DNA of 64,000 nucleotides from a virus. Its lineage: Duplodnaviria > Caudoviricetes. Below are positions 8,715-18,134 of this stretch, in pieces (the first letter of the stretch is position 1; each line of letters starts with the position of its first letter). The position numbers and the translations under genes were made by a program. The notes beneath the pieces were generated by a model that worked only from the letters and a program-made list of their open reading frames with translations, searched no databases and was not told the DNA's origin. Location: IMG/VR virus record IMGVR_UViG_3300032327_000792; one strand, written 5' to 3'.

Positions 8715-9533
8715 TTACTTATTCTTCTTTTTTCCAGACTTCATATTGGCACACCAATGATACATCTTGGCTTTTTCTCCCGATGCATTTTTAGCCTTGC
8801 GACGTAGATCAGTTACTGATCCTGCACAACTGGCACCTGCACGTTTCACACGTCCTGGACGGCTTTTGCCTTTAACTTTACCGTCAGCAAAGTTTTCGTT
8901 GGTGGTCTTGCCCTGTATTAGATTTCTCACTCGATCAATCACATGATTCACACTGCTCAAGGTGGCATGTGAAAAACCCTTCATCACTGTTCGATCCTGT
9001 TGAACCATCGCATACTGATATATCTTGGAGCTGGTACCGCGTTGTATGCTGAAAATCTTGTTGTCTCTGTTGAAGAAGTGTGCAGAGTTGGCACCCAATT
9101 CCTGATCCCAACCTTGACTGTCAAAAAACACACGATATATGTTGAGTATGTCATTCCAACTTAGATTGTAGTCGTTGCCTCCCCACGGGTCATGTTCAGG
9201 TGGCACAAATTCATTGAGAGTTTCTTGATCTTCCCAAACTCTTTGATCACCACGGTGTTTGTCCCAAAATCCCCGGCCTGCATCGGTTTGATCCCAACTT
9301 CTAACAATGGTATAGCCATTGTCTTTTAGGTAATCGTACATATTGGCCGCAATGCCCTGACCGTGATAACGTTCATCAACCCATACAGTTTGTGGATCCA
9401 ATCGACCCTCTTGGTCAAAGAAAAATTCTGCATGGCCTAAATTTTTACCACCGGCAGTAGCTTTGACAGCTACACCGTCTGCATTCCGACTGATCAACAG
9501 TTTGTATTCTAATAGGAATTCTCGAGCTCTCAT
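8715..9533 (-). CDS. GNAT-like acetyltransferase plus extra modules, C-terminal basic ENFADGK...HWCANMKSG module
   Basis: VWVDERYHGQGIAANMY (GNAT motif A) and QTDAGRGFW. Confidence 0.7.
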   Translation of the reverse strand: MRAREFLLEYKLLISRNADGVAVKATAGGKNLGHAEFFFDQEGRLDPQTVWVDERYHGQGIAANMYDYLKDNGYTIVRSWDQTDAGRGFWDKHRGDQRVWEDQETLNEFVPPEHDPWGGNDYNLSWNDILNIYRVFFDSQGWDQELGANSAHFFNRDNKIFSIQRGTSSKIYQYAMVQQDRTVMKGFSHATLSSVNHVIDRVRNLIQGKTTNENFADGKVKGKSRPGRVKRAGASCAGSVTDLRRKAKNASGEKAKMYHWCANMKSGKKKNK

Positions 9534-10618
9534 CGGGCACTCGCTACAAAACGTAAGTCTCTACTGATAGATCCCAACTCTTTTTTCATTTTGGGGCCAG
9601 CACGTTTGACGTCTGCACGTGACACATGAGTGTCGGGTTCGTCCTGGGTTGTTACATTAACAGGCTCATCGGTGCGTGTGTCAAAGCCGTGTATGTTCAA
9701 CTTACGACCATAACGCTGTTCTAGTTCTTGCCACACACGATAGCCACCTTCACTTTGCTTGTTGTCGCTGATCAGTGTGAGTCCCTGGTCCAGTATCAAA
9801 AAAGCATACAAATCTGCAGCACGGTATTGATTTCGAGGACCTGAATAAACACCCTGAATGACAAAGCTGTTGGGGTTTGATCGATAAGGACGACCTGTGG
9901 TGCCCAATTGACTGGTGCGTGTGTTGGTGTTAAACACATAGTATGTGACTGTGCCACGATTGTTCCATGACCATAGTTCGAACCCGTCACCAAGATCAGC
10001 AACTAAATTGCCTAAGTATTCAGACTCTTTGCCTGAGGGAATAGGTTTGCCATCATTGGGCATGAGATCCAAATGTTCTCTTTTGCTTTTGGATTGTGTG
10101 TTGACCATGGTCACTTCCATTATACCAGTGGCTCTACGCAATCTCAAATCATAGTCTCGATCGCTTTCGTATTTGGTAATAAAATCGTCGTAATAGCGTT
10201 TGGCGTCAGCAGGAGTGTCAGCTTCAAAACTGTGAACTATTTTATCAGGTGTTTCGGCATGATAGATTTCATAGCTTCGGTTGAGTCTGTCACGTACACG
10301 AGCCATGCGTTCTTGTCTAGCGTCAACCTGACGGCCAGCACGATCAAGATAGCGTTCCAACTTATCTCTACTGATTTCATTTACTTTATCGTTCATTGGG
10401 CGTTTAATGCGTACCAATCTGTTGGTACTGGGTTCTATGGTATAGCCCAGCATGATCAACTGTTTCATAATTTGTCTGGCCTGATCCATATTGGGCACAT
10501 GACCGTCACTGTTGTCCAGAGCATCCATCATGAGATTGTACAAAATCATAGCTTTTTGCGATGTGCCAGACTCAAATTCGTTAGCACGAATCTCAGTTAC
10601 GAACTCTTGAGCTCTCAT
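9530..10618 (-). CDS. Multi-module protein with C-terminal GNAT-like domain
   Basis: Likely start is MRAQEFVTE at 10618 (ATGA overlap with the upstream stop); C-terminal LISDNKQSEGGYRVWQEL is typical of phage GNAT-like domains. Confidence 0.6.
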   Translation of the reverse strand: MRAQEFVTEIRANEFESGTSQKAMILYNLMMDALDNSDGHVPNMDQARQIMKQLIMLGYTIEPSTNRLVRIKRPMNDKVNEISRDKLERYLDRAGRQVDARQERMARVRDRLNRSYEIYHAETPDKIVHSFEADTPADAKRYYDDFITKYESDRDYDLRLRRATGIMEVTMVNTQSKSKREHLDLMPNDGKPIPSGKESEYLGNLVADLGDGFELWSWNNRGTVTYYVFNTNTRTSQLGTTGRPYRSNPNSFVIQGVYSGPRNQYRAADLYAFLILDQGLTLISDNKQSEGGYRVWQELEQRYGRKLNIHGFDTRTDEPVNVTTQDEPDTHVSRADVKRAGPKMKKELGSISRDLRFVASAR

Positions 10619-13600
10619 TTTTTCTTCCGGTCCAACATGTTGTAAGGATGTCTTTTGTCGTTCATGTATTCCACAGCTAACAGCATCACAGAATTCTTGG
10701 CTGACTGTGGCACACTGGCCCAACTGCTGTAGCCATTCTTTTGGGCAGCCATGTTCATGAATTTTCTGGCTCGTTCAGCATCACTTTCTGTGCTTTCGCC
10801 TAATTCGGGTCTTGGATCTACGCTACGCAAATATATGTCTGCCGCAGGATTCTGTTGCTCCAGGTTAGTCTGCACTACATTGGCTTGGTTATAACTGGCA
10901 TTGGTCATTGAATGAATAACCCGTCCGGTTATGCGATCCACAAATTCCCAATTGCGGCGAACTTCTGTGGCATCTTGAGGTCGGTCAAAGTTTTGTGCTA
11001 TATCTGGCTCAATATCATTCACTGCTTGCGCTACTCGCCAGCCATAGTTTTCTGTGTCTGCAGGCATGCCTTGATTGCGTAGCCAATTGCTAAACTTGTC
11101 ACCAGCATCCGCCGCATCATCTGCTCGGTACCGTAGTATCACACGATTGTTTCTGCGATCCACAATTTCGTACTGATCTGTGGCCTGAACACGTTGTTGT
11201 AGGCGTTGGCTGTCTACAGCGTTGTCCACTGCTTGTTTAACACCGGTGGCTCGTTGCACTGTGAAGTTGCCTGTGTCCAAATTCTTGTCCTGCAAGTATG
11301 TGATCGCAAAGTCCACAGCCTGAGCCTGACTGGATGCCTGGAATGTGTAGAATGGTAGGCCACTGTGTTTGTTCAATACCACATAGTCTTTGGGTTGAGC
11401 AATTTGTTTGGCCAATTTGGCTCTGCGACTGAGTTTGGGTTCGGGTTCAGTTTTTCCTCCGCCGTAGGGCTCAATGTAGAATGGTATGACATCAGTGTAC
11501 TTTTCACGAGCCTGATCAGCGGCTTCGCCACGTGTGGCAGCATCAATGATTTCCAATGTTTCGTTGTTGTCTTTGCGCATAACACGCCATTGACCTGTGT
11601 TGGTACCCACATCACGCAGTTCGTAGGCCTGCTTGAAATCCATCATGGAACTGGCCGGACTCACACGAGCTTTGGCACGTTCCAGTGCGTCCAGTTCTGT
11701 GTAGTTTGAAAACTCTAGGCCTTCAACTGGTTTGTTGGTGGATCTGTTGTAGAGCCTCCACGAACTCTTGCCTCCTGTGCCATCAGGAACTTCCTTGTTG
11801 ATTACTTTTTCGGCCCATTGTTTTTTGAGTTGTTCAGCAGTGAGTTCACCAGCACTGAACTTGCTGAACAGTTCCAGGTCCCGGTTGCCTTCAGGAGCAA
11901 TTAGCTTGTATAGTTTTTTGTAGTATTCAGGACGCTCTAAGTCAGGACGACCAGCTAGATACATGGCATAGGCAAAGCGACGCATGGTTGATGCCAACAC
12001 GTCTGCTTCACCCTGATCGCCTATGCTTAGGTAATCGCCGCCAGGTGATCTAAATTCAATATAGCCAGGCTTGATATGTGCTGATGTATATTTGGAACCA
12101 CCCACGCCTTGCTGTACATATTTCTGTGCTAACTCAAGCAAATTGCTCTTCATCAACTCTACAGCAGAGGCAATCTTAGGACTGCCACTGGCCACGTTTT
12201 GTTTGATCTTTTTCATGGCCGAAGCAGTGTAGGTATTGGCAGCACGTCCAAACTTGTCCAGCACATACTCGTCACCCATGAACAAGATCAATTTCAAGTA
12301 GTCAACATCACCACCTTTGAATGGTATTGATATGCCCATGTGCAAACCTGTTGAATCGTTGGTGTAAGCATAACCGTCGGAATTGGCCCATGCAATCACT
12401 TTTTCCATCTGTTCAATGGCCTGATTCAATGGCAGTGGTGGACTCACAAGTTCCAATCCAGCATCATCTCGATTATCTGGGCTCAAACTTGAGTCTGGCT
12501 CCAGCACATATTCGTTAGGCACACGACGGGCGGAGTGATAACCTGATCCCACAACCACACGTTTGCCCAGTACTGTTTCAAGTTCGGCAGCAATTTGAGA
12601 CCAGTCACGAGATCCTTCGTTTCTGCTGCTGGTGTTGGTGTAGTAAGGCCAATCCAAATTGTACTCGTTCATGACATCGCTCATCCAGCGTAGACCTATG
12701 TCTGAAAAGAAGCCAGAATCATCCGCATCGTAGCCATTGCGGAATTCATCCAGTGCAGCGTCCCAGTTTGCACCTTGTTTGCGAACTTCATCTTCAACTA
12801 GAGCATCCAATAGATCTTCTGCTGCGCTCTGGGCATCCATGTATTTTTGATACAGGGGATTTTCTTTGGCGTATTCTTGTTGATCGCTGTATTTGGTAAA
12901 GCGAGGAGCCCGTTCGCCAGCTTGAATAATCTCATTCATTTCATCATCAGTTAAATCCAACAACTCCAACTGTTTTTGTATTTCAGTGTCTTTGTCCCAA
13001 TCGCCTTCGTCAACAAGCACCTTACGAATCAAGTCTTCGGCCTCTTGTTCAAAGTCACGCATGATTTGTTCATCACGCCACTCAAAGTAGGCTTCATCCA
13101 GTCTGTCTCTCAATCGATCGGCTTGACGTTCACTCATGCCATATCCACTGTAGTCGTTGGAGAAAAATTCAACAACTTGTTCAATACTGTAGGCACGTTC
13201 GTCCATGTCCATGTCGGCTTCCATGTCATCATCGCTGTCGTCATCTTCACTGCTGGTGTCACGGAATATCAATTCTGCTTCAAAGCCGGCCAAAATACCT
13301 TCGGCTTCGGGTGAATCAGCAAACTTACGCAGAGCTGAAGGACTCATCTTGACTTCGTCTAGCTGTACACTTTCAAACAAGTCAGGATCAAAATCATCAG
13401 CTGAAATAAAGTGAGTGGTGCCATCTCTGTGCTGCAGTTGAACAGCATCATCTTCGGATTCTACTTGACGTATGCTCCAGCCCAGGCTGTTTAACACAGA
13501 TTCAATTTGCGGTTGACGGTCTGTGGCATTCCACCAACGATTGGCCAGCACAAAAATAGGATCTGGAACATCATCGTTGCGGTCACGCCCAGGGCCGGGT

Positions 13601-15861
13601 GCAAATTCATTCACATTGTATGTGGGGTCAGTTTTGATCTTTGGACCGGGACGTTTTACAGGATCCACAGGATCAATGTCAGTGACATCCAGCCCTGTGG
13701 CTTTTATGTCACCAATGAACTTGTGTTCTGTATCTTCGTCACCAAAGCTGATGATGGTACTAGGAGGACCCTGTCCAAAATCGTGTTGCCCTAGACCTTT
13801 CATGTTTGGAATATGTTGACCCAGTTTGTACCAGTCGTACACATCTGAAACATCCACACGTAGCGTGCCAGCTGGCATTGTGGGTTTGAATTCTGGACCA
13901 GGCGGTCGTTGGTTGCCTAGAGCATCTAGTTTAGAGCTCACACGGCCAGTTTCTTTGAACTCGCGTAGGGCATTCTTAAGACCTTTGATCAGTAACTCAG
14001 GATGTCCTTGACTGTCTGTGTTCAAACTCAACTTGTTGGCTTCTTTGCCCACTGCTCCGGGCTGAACATCCACACTCAACGCATTGCTGAACTGTGGTAG
14101 CTTTGCTTGTTTACGTGTGGGAATATAACCCGAAGATTCTTTTACATCATCTTTGTTTTGCATCTGTTTCTGTAGCTGATACAAACGACTTTGATTCTTT
14201 GCGTTAGCTGATCCAGGACCTTGACCCTGTGCTCTTAAAAAATTCTGTAGTTCTTGATCCAGTTCGGCCTTGACACCGGCCCGGTTCATGTTTTTCACTG
14301 TTTGTGCTGTGCGTGCCGCTGTTTGTGCATCTCGAACAGTGCCAGCAGTTGTAGTAGCACAGCCAGGAGTACCTGCTATGCATGCGGCTGCTGCTATTGC
14401 ACCTAACTTTTCTTTTACACCCTCTTGTGTGGGCTTTCGGCGAGGTTTGAAAGGTACCAGCATGTTGGCCGGCAATCTCACAGTTTCACCTGTGTCAGCG
14501 TCTGTGATGGTGACCATGTGACCAACCTGTTGAATCACAGTTCCGCCCTTGGGCAACATTTTGAGACCATAGTTATCAATTACACCGTCGCCGCGTTGGA
14601 ACATCTTGCTTGAGCCCAAACTGTAAGTGGCTTCCATGGTGTGCTCAGTATCAAACAATTCAGGGTGCAGTTGTCCGTATTCACGCATCAGCACACCAGC
14701 TTGAGCATTGGCTTCGTTTTCGTATTCACTGCCTGTGACACCTGCATCGTCAGGTATGTCAGCAACTTCACCTTGACGCTGATGTGTGAGCTCGTGTGCT
14801 ACTGTGCGCAATATGTCCATGACATGGCGATTGGCCAAGCTCACAATCAATTCATTGGTGTCATGATTGTAGCTGCCAAATGTTCGGTTGCGTTTGCTCC
14901 ACACAGGATCACGTTTGAAACGTATCCGGGGCGTGTTTTCAATACCTAATTTTTCAACACAAAAGTTCACAAAGTCTGTGACAGTGTCTTCTGTGGTGGG
15001 TGCAGATTCCTGTATGCTTTCTCCACCACCACCATCGCCTCCTCCACCGTCGGCAGGAGCTTCACCGGAACCGGCAAATCCAAATCCGGGATACCAATAT
15101 CCACCAAAGCCGTATTTTACTTTTTTCTTTTTGGCTTTCTTTTTGCGGCGTTCATTCAAACTCAACTCTGCATCTTTGGCTGCTGCTCTGGCACTGTATA
15201 ATTTTTTAATTGCGCCTTGATTGCGCAACATCTTGAAGGCCAGGTTTTCAGCACCCAGTTCACCGTGTGCATCAAGTCCAGCTTGACGCATGTTTCGGAT
15301 TTTGTTTGCCAACTCTGCAATGGCGTCGCCATCCTGAGAAGCCACAGCAGATTCAATTCTGTGTCCAATGTCTTCATACTTTGACTTCACTGCTTCGTCG
15401 TTGACAGTGGCACGTTGCTTGAGTGGAATTTTTACCCAGTCATTGTTCAGCACACTGTATATGCCCTGGCTCACAGGTTGCTTGCGGGCATCTTCTACAT
15501 AGAGCTCTACATCATAGCCGCCAATGGTGATGTTGTGTTGATCATTGTACTGATACTTTTTGGCATCAAACAGTTCGCGATATACATCATCGGCATCTGC
15601 CTGAGGAATATCTACCACTAGATGTAGATCAATGTCTGAATAGGGTGTGTAAGTGTATCCGGCATTGCTACCTGACACAGTAATGTCTTTTACTTCTATG
15701 TCACTGAGTCCTAGAAATTCTTTAAAATCCTCGGCAATTGCCAACAGGCGCTCACGCACCTCGGGTTTCATTTTTTGCCCGGACCAAACCACTGGATTTA
15801 AAGTGTTGTTGAATTTAACAGCATCTGCTAAATTATAGGAATCTAATTCTGTGATGTTCAT
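10615..15861 (-). CDS. 1748-aa polyvalent protein: pol-beta-type nucleotidyltransferase + HExxH metallopeptidase + amidoligase (COOH-NH2 ligase type 2) + repeats
   Basis: SGSNAGY...SDIDLH...VELYVE; RTVAHELTHQRQ; EPDSSL...GLELVSPP...TNDSTGLHMGI...YIEFRSPG. Confidence 0.75.
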   Translation of the reverse strand: MNITELDSYNLADAVKFNNTLNPVVWSGQKMKPEVRERLLAIAEDFKEFLGLSDIEVKDITVSGSNAGYTYTPYSDIDLHLVVDIPQADADDVYRELFDAKKYQYNDQHNITIGGYDVELYVEDARKQPVSQGIYSVLNNDWVKIPLKQRATVNDEAVKSKYEDIGHRIESAVASQDGDAIAELANKIRNMRQAGLDAHGELGAENLAFKMLRNQGAIKKLYSARAAAKDAELSLNERRKKKAKKKKVKYGFGGYWYPGFGFAGSGEAPADGGGGDGGGGESIQESAPTTEDTVTDFVNFCVEKLGIENTPRIRFKRDPVWSKRNRTFGSYNHDTNELIVSLANRHVMDILRTVAHELTHQRQGEVADIPDDAGVTGSEYENEANAQAGVLMREYGQLHPELFDTEHTMEATYSLGSSKMFQRGDGVIDNYGLKMLPKGGTVIQQVGHMVTITDADTGETVRLPANMLVPFKPRRKPTQEGVKEKLGAIAAAACIAGTPGCATTTAGTVRDAQTAARTAQTVKNMNRAGVKAELDQELQNFLRAQGQGPGSANAKNQSRLYQLQKQMQNKDDVKESSGYIPTRKQAKLPQFSNALSVDVQPGAVGKEANKLSLNTDSQGHPELLIKGLKNALREFKETGRVSSKLDALGNQRPPGPEFKPTMPAGTLRVDVSDVYDWYKLGQHIPNMKGLGQHDFGQGPPSTIISFGDEDTEHKFIGDIKATGLDVTDIDPVDPVKRPGPKIKTDPTYNVNEFAPGPGRDRNDDVPDPIFVLANRWWNATDRQPQIESVLNSLGWSIRQVESEDDAVQLQHRDGTTHFISADDFDPDLFESVQLDEVKMSPSALRKFADSPEAEGILAGFEAELIFRDTSSEDDDSDDDMEADMDMDERAYSIEQVVEFFSNDYSGYGMSERQADRLRDRLDEAYFEWRDEQIMRDFEQEAEDLIRKVLVDEGDWDKDTEIQKQLELLDLTDDEMNEIIQAGERAPRFTKYSDQQEYAKENPLYQKYMDAQSAAEDLLDALVEDEVRKQGANWDAALDEFRNGYDADDSGFFSDIGLRWMSDVMNEYNLDWPYYTNTSSRNEGSRDWSQIAAELETVLGKRVVVGSGYHSARRVPNEYVLEPDSSLSPDNRDDAGLELVSPPLPLNQAIEQMEKVIAWANSDGYAYTNDSTGLHMGISIPFKGGDVDYLKLILFMGDEYVLDKFGRAANTYTASAMKKIKQNVASGSPKIASAVELMKSNLLELAQKYVQQGVGGSKYTSAHIKPGYIEFRSPGGDYLSIGDQGEADVLASTMRRFAYAMYLAGRPDLERPEYYKKLYKLIAPEGNRDLELFSKFSAGELTAEQLKKQWAEKVINKEVPDGTGGKSSWRLYNRSTNKPVEGLEFSNYTELDALERAKARVSPASSMMDFKQAYELRDVGTNTGQWRVMRKDNNETLEIIDAATRGEAADQAREKYTDVIPFYIEPYGGGKTEPEPKLSRRAKLAKQIAQPKDYVVLNKHSGLPFYTFQASSQAQAVDFAITYLQDKNLDTGNFTVQRATGVKQAVDNAVDSQRLQQRVQATDQYEIVDRRNNRVILRYRADDAADAGDKFSNWLRNQGMPADTENYGWRVAQAVNDIEPDIAQNFDRPQDATEVRRNWEFVDRITGRVIHSMTNASYNQANVVQTNLEQQNPAADIYLRSVDPRPELGESTESDAERARKFMNMAAQKNGYSSWASVPQSAKNSVMLLAVEYMNDKRHPYNMLDRKKK

Positions 15862-15903
15862 AGTGTATTTATTGGATCTTTTGTTATAACATCTTAAAGA
15901 AAA

Positions 15904-15922
15904 AGCCGCTGATTAGGCGGCT
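15904..15922 (-). terminator. Rho-independent terminator
   Basis: AGCCGC/GCGGCT stem followed on the minus strand by TTTTCTTT, just after the stop of 15945..16823. Confidence 0.7.
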
Positions 15923-15944
15923 CTTTTGATCAATCAAAAAAGAA

Positions 15945-16823
15945 TTACTTCTTTTTCTTTTTGCTGGCCATTACTTTGCCTGTGACCGGCGCCGGGGGTT
16001 CAGCAGCTGTCACGGGTTCGGTCATTGTTGGCACAATCTGTGTAGTCTGTGCAGCCGATTGATTGGCCAATGCCATTGCATGTAGATCTCTATAGGCCTG
16101 CTCTTGATTTTCATTGCTGAACACATAGGTTCCTGAGTGACGTAACAACACACGCTTGTCTACCCATACTTCTCCACCTAGATCACGCCAGTTTTCGCAA
16201 AATGCCCAGTCTTCGGAGTAGTAGCGATTTTCACGCACACCTGTGTCAAAGTAGGTCTTCATGTGAGCGTCTAGCTCCTGAGGCAAGCCAATGTCGTTCT
16301 TGAATGGAATTACGTGTGGATGCTTGTTTAGCTTTTCAAACACATGACGCTTGATCAGTAGGAATCCTGTGCCTGTTTTTGATACTTCTTGCAGTGCGCC
16401 ATCTTCCTTTGCACCGTCAAATCCGTTGACACACCATTTGATTGGCAAGGATTTCATTGGGTACAATCCACCAATTACGTCTTTGTCTGCATTCAACATC
16501 ACCAACAAATGCCATGGCTCCCAGCCAATGTCAGCATCAATAAACATCAAGTGTGTGGATTCGGGGTTGGTCAAAAACTTGGCTGTGAGTGTGTTTCTGG
16601 CACGAGTAATTAGAGACTCATTGGTCATGGTTTCCATGGTCCAATCAATGCCCAACTGACGTGCAGTATTGGACCATTTGATAAAACTCATAAATGTTGA
16701 CTCAGTTAAATTACCGCCATAGCATGGCATACAGATATGTACTTTGGTAGTTTTTAAAAAATCAACATTGACTTGTATGGTGTTTTGTGGTGGTAATGGA
16801 GATTGTGTGATTGCGTCTGACAT
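15945..16823 (-). CDS. Glycosyltransferase (GT-A fold, phage type)
   Basis: ICMPCYGG, ESLITRARN, HLMFIDADIGW (DxD), GTGFLLIKR, SEDWAFC. Confidence 0.8.
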   Translation of the reverse strand: MSDAITQSPLPPQNTIQVNVDFLKTTKVHICMPCYGGNLTESTFMSFIKWSNTARQLGIDWTMETMTNESLITRARNTLTAKFLTNPESTHLMFIDADIGWEPWHLLVMLNADKDVIGGLYPMKSLPIKWCVNGFDGAKEDGALQEVSKTGTGFLLIKRHVFEKLNKHPHVIPFKNDIGLPQELDAHMKTYFDTGVRENRYYSEDWAFCENWRDLGGEVWVDKRVLLRHSGTYVFSNENQEQAYRDLHAMALANQSAAQTTQIVPTMTEPVTAAEPPAPVTGKVMASKKKKK

Positions 16824-16876
16824 CGTTTCCTCTTTGTTAAAATGTGTGTATATTTACAAGAGTACAGCAGGTGGGG

Positions 16877-17677
16877 CTATTTTTTACGACCGGCGCAGTG
16901 TGCTCGTTGACTGAAACCTTTGGGGTTTGAACAATTGATTGAGCTCTTGTATTTCTTACTCCATTTTTCTTCCAAATAGTCGTCAGATTCTTTTTCTTTT
17001 AATTGTGCTATGCGTTGTCGTAATTGGGTTATTTTTTCAGCAATTCTAGCACGGCTTTCGCTGACTATTTCCACTGGACGACCAGTGCCTAATTTAAGAT
17101 CAAATATATCTCGGATTCCTGGGTCCACATCACCATAAAGATCAGCAATGATTTGATCACGGTCTGAATCATTTCCGGCAATATATTGTTTTCTTATCTG
17201 ACTGGCTGAATTGGCATCAGCACCACGTACTCGGAAGTTTACAGTGGGTGTCACTGCCACATAGGCGTGTTGTGTCATATTCTGCAGATCCTTGCTGTCT
17301 AGGGGCAGGGGTTGCATGTAACTGGGTGTGCCGTCTTTTTTGGTGCCAAATGTAAATCTAGCATCTTCACCGGTCATGTCTTTTTCACTCACAGCAAATA
17401 TCAACACAGTATTTTCAGGATCGTCTATTTCGGATCGGATTTCTTGTGCTTGATAAGGATTACGTACCTGCGCAATTTGCCCGGGACTGATGCCCAATTT
17501 GGTCATCATTGCCATTTTGTCTGCAAAAGAAAATGGGCTGGTTTCTGGATCTTGTTTGTCGCTGCTCACAACAAATACATTGCGATCGCCGTAACGCTTG
17601 GTCAGATAATCATAGCTGGCTTTGTGCCCACGATGAAAAGGATGAAAACGGCCGGGATATATCACTACTGTACGCAT
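16877..17677 (-). CDS. HxGH nucleotidyltransferase (cytidylyltransferase-like) with C-terminal KWSKKYK...CSNPKGFSQRAHC module
   Basis: YPGRFHPFHRGH motif; SASQIRK motif. Confidence 0.8.
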   Translation of the reverse strand: MRTVVIYPGRFHPFHRGHKASYDYLTKRYGDRNVFVVSSDKQDPETSPFSFADKMAMMTKLGISPGQIAQVRNPYQAQEIRSEIDDPENTVLIFAVSEKDMTGEDARFTFGTKKDGTPSYMQPLPLDSKDLQNMTQHAYVAVTPTVNFRVRGADANSASQIRKQYIAGNDSDRDQIIADLYGDVDPGIRDIFDLKLGTGRPVEIVSESRARIAEKITQLRQRIAQLKEKESDDYLEEKWSKKYKSSINCSNPKGFSQRAHCAGRKK

Positions 17678-17690
17678 CTAGTATTTAGCG

Positions 17691-18134
17691 TTACATGTTT
17701 TCCAGGAGCCAGAGATAAATCGGCGTGGTGAATTTCAATGCCACTGTGCCATTGCAACCAATAGTTCCAAAAAATTGCTCTTTTGTTACAGGTTGTGTGC
17801 CATTGAAATCGTGTTCATACACAGCAAGCTCGTTGACCATTTGCCCTAACTCAATATCATCAAATGTCAAATTGGCAATTTCCAAACACGCATCATGCAG
17901 TATCTCCCCAGATTCAGATATTGCTGTGTGCTCTGGCAGTTTGTTTTTTAACACTATTTTTAATGTGTGATCTGTTTCGACATTGTCGTCGGGCAAATTA
18001 CCTGATACTATTACAGAGTCTGCAACATGTTCCGTGTCAAACACACACTGATCATTGATCCAGCATTCAAATCCCAGGGCCACTGCAGGATTAGTAGGAG
18101 TTAATTGGAAACTAAATGTTGATTGTTGCATCAA
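17691..18134 (-). CDS. Hypothetical protein (paralog of 59198..59623)
   Basis: 147-aa ORF; shares the G-x-NG...F..P.Y.WL C-terminus with 59198..59623. Confidence 0.65.
   Translation of the reverse strand: MMQQSTFSFQLTPTNPAVALGFECWINDQCVFDTEHVADSVIVSGNLPDDNVETDHTLKIVLKNKLPEHTAISESGEILHDACLEIANLTFDDIELGQMVNELAVYEHDFNGTQPVTKEQFFGTIGCNGTVALKFTTPIYLWLLENM

Noticed and set aside
10619-10723. N-terminal extension of ORF 9530..10723
   Set aside because: It overlaps the end of the 1748-aa gene; the MRAQEFVTE start at 10618 fits the ATGA coupling and the leader pattern.
15030-15130. Poly-Gly/poly-Lys low-complexity tract as a tandem repeat element
   Set aside because: It is explained by a coding linker (KKKKAKKKK...GGGGDGGGG) within the polyprotein.
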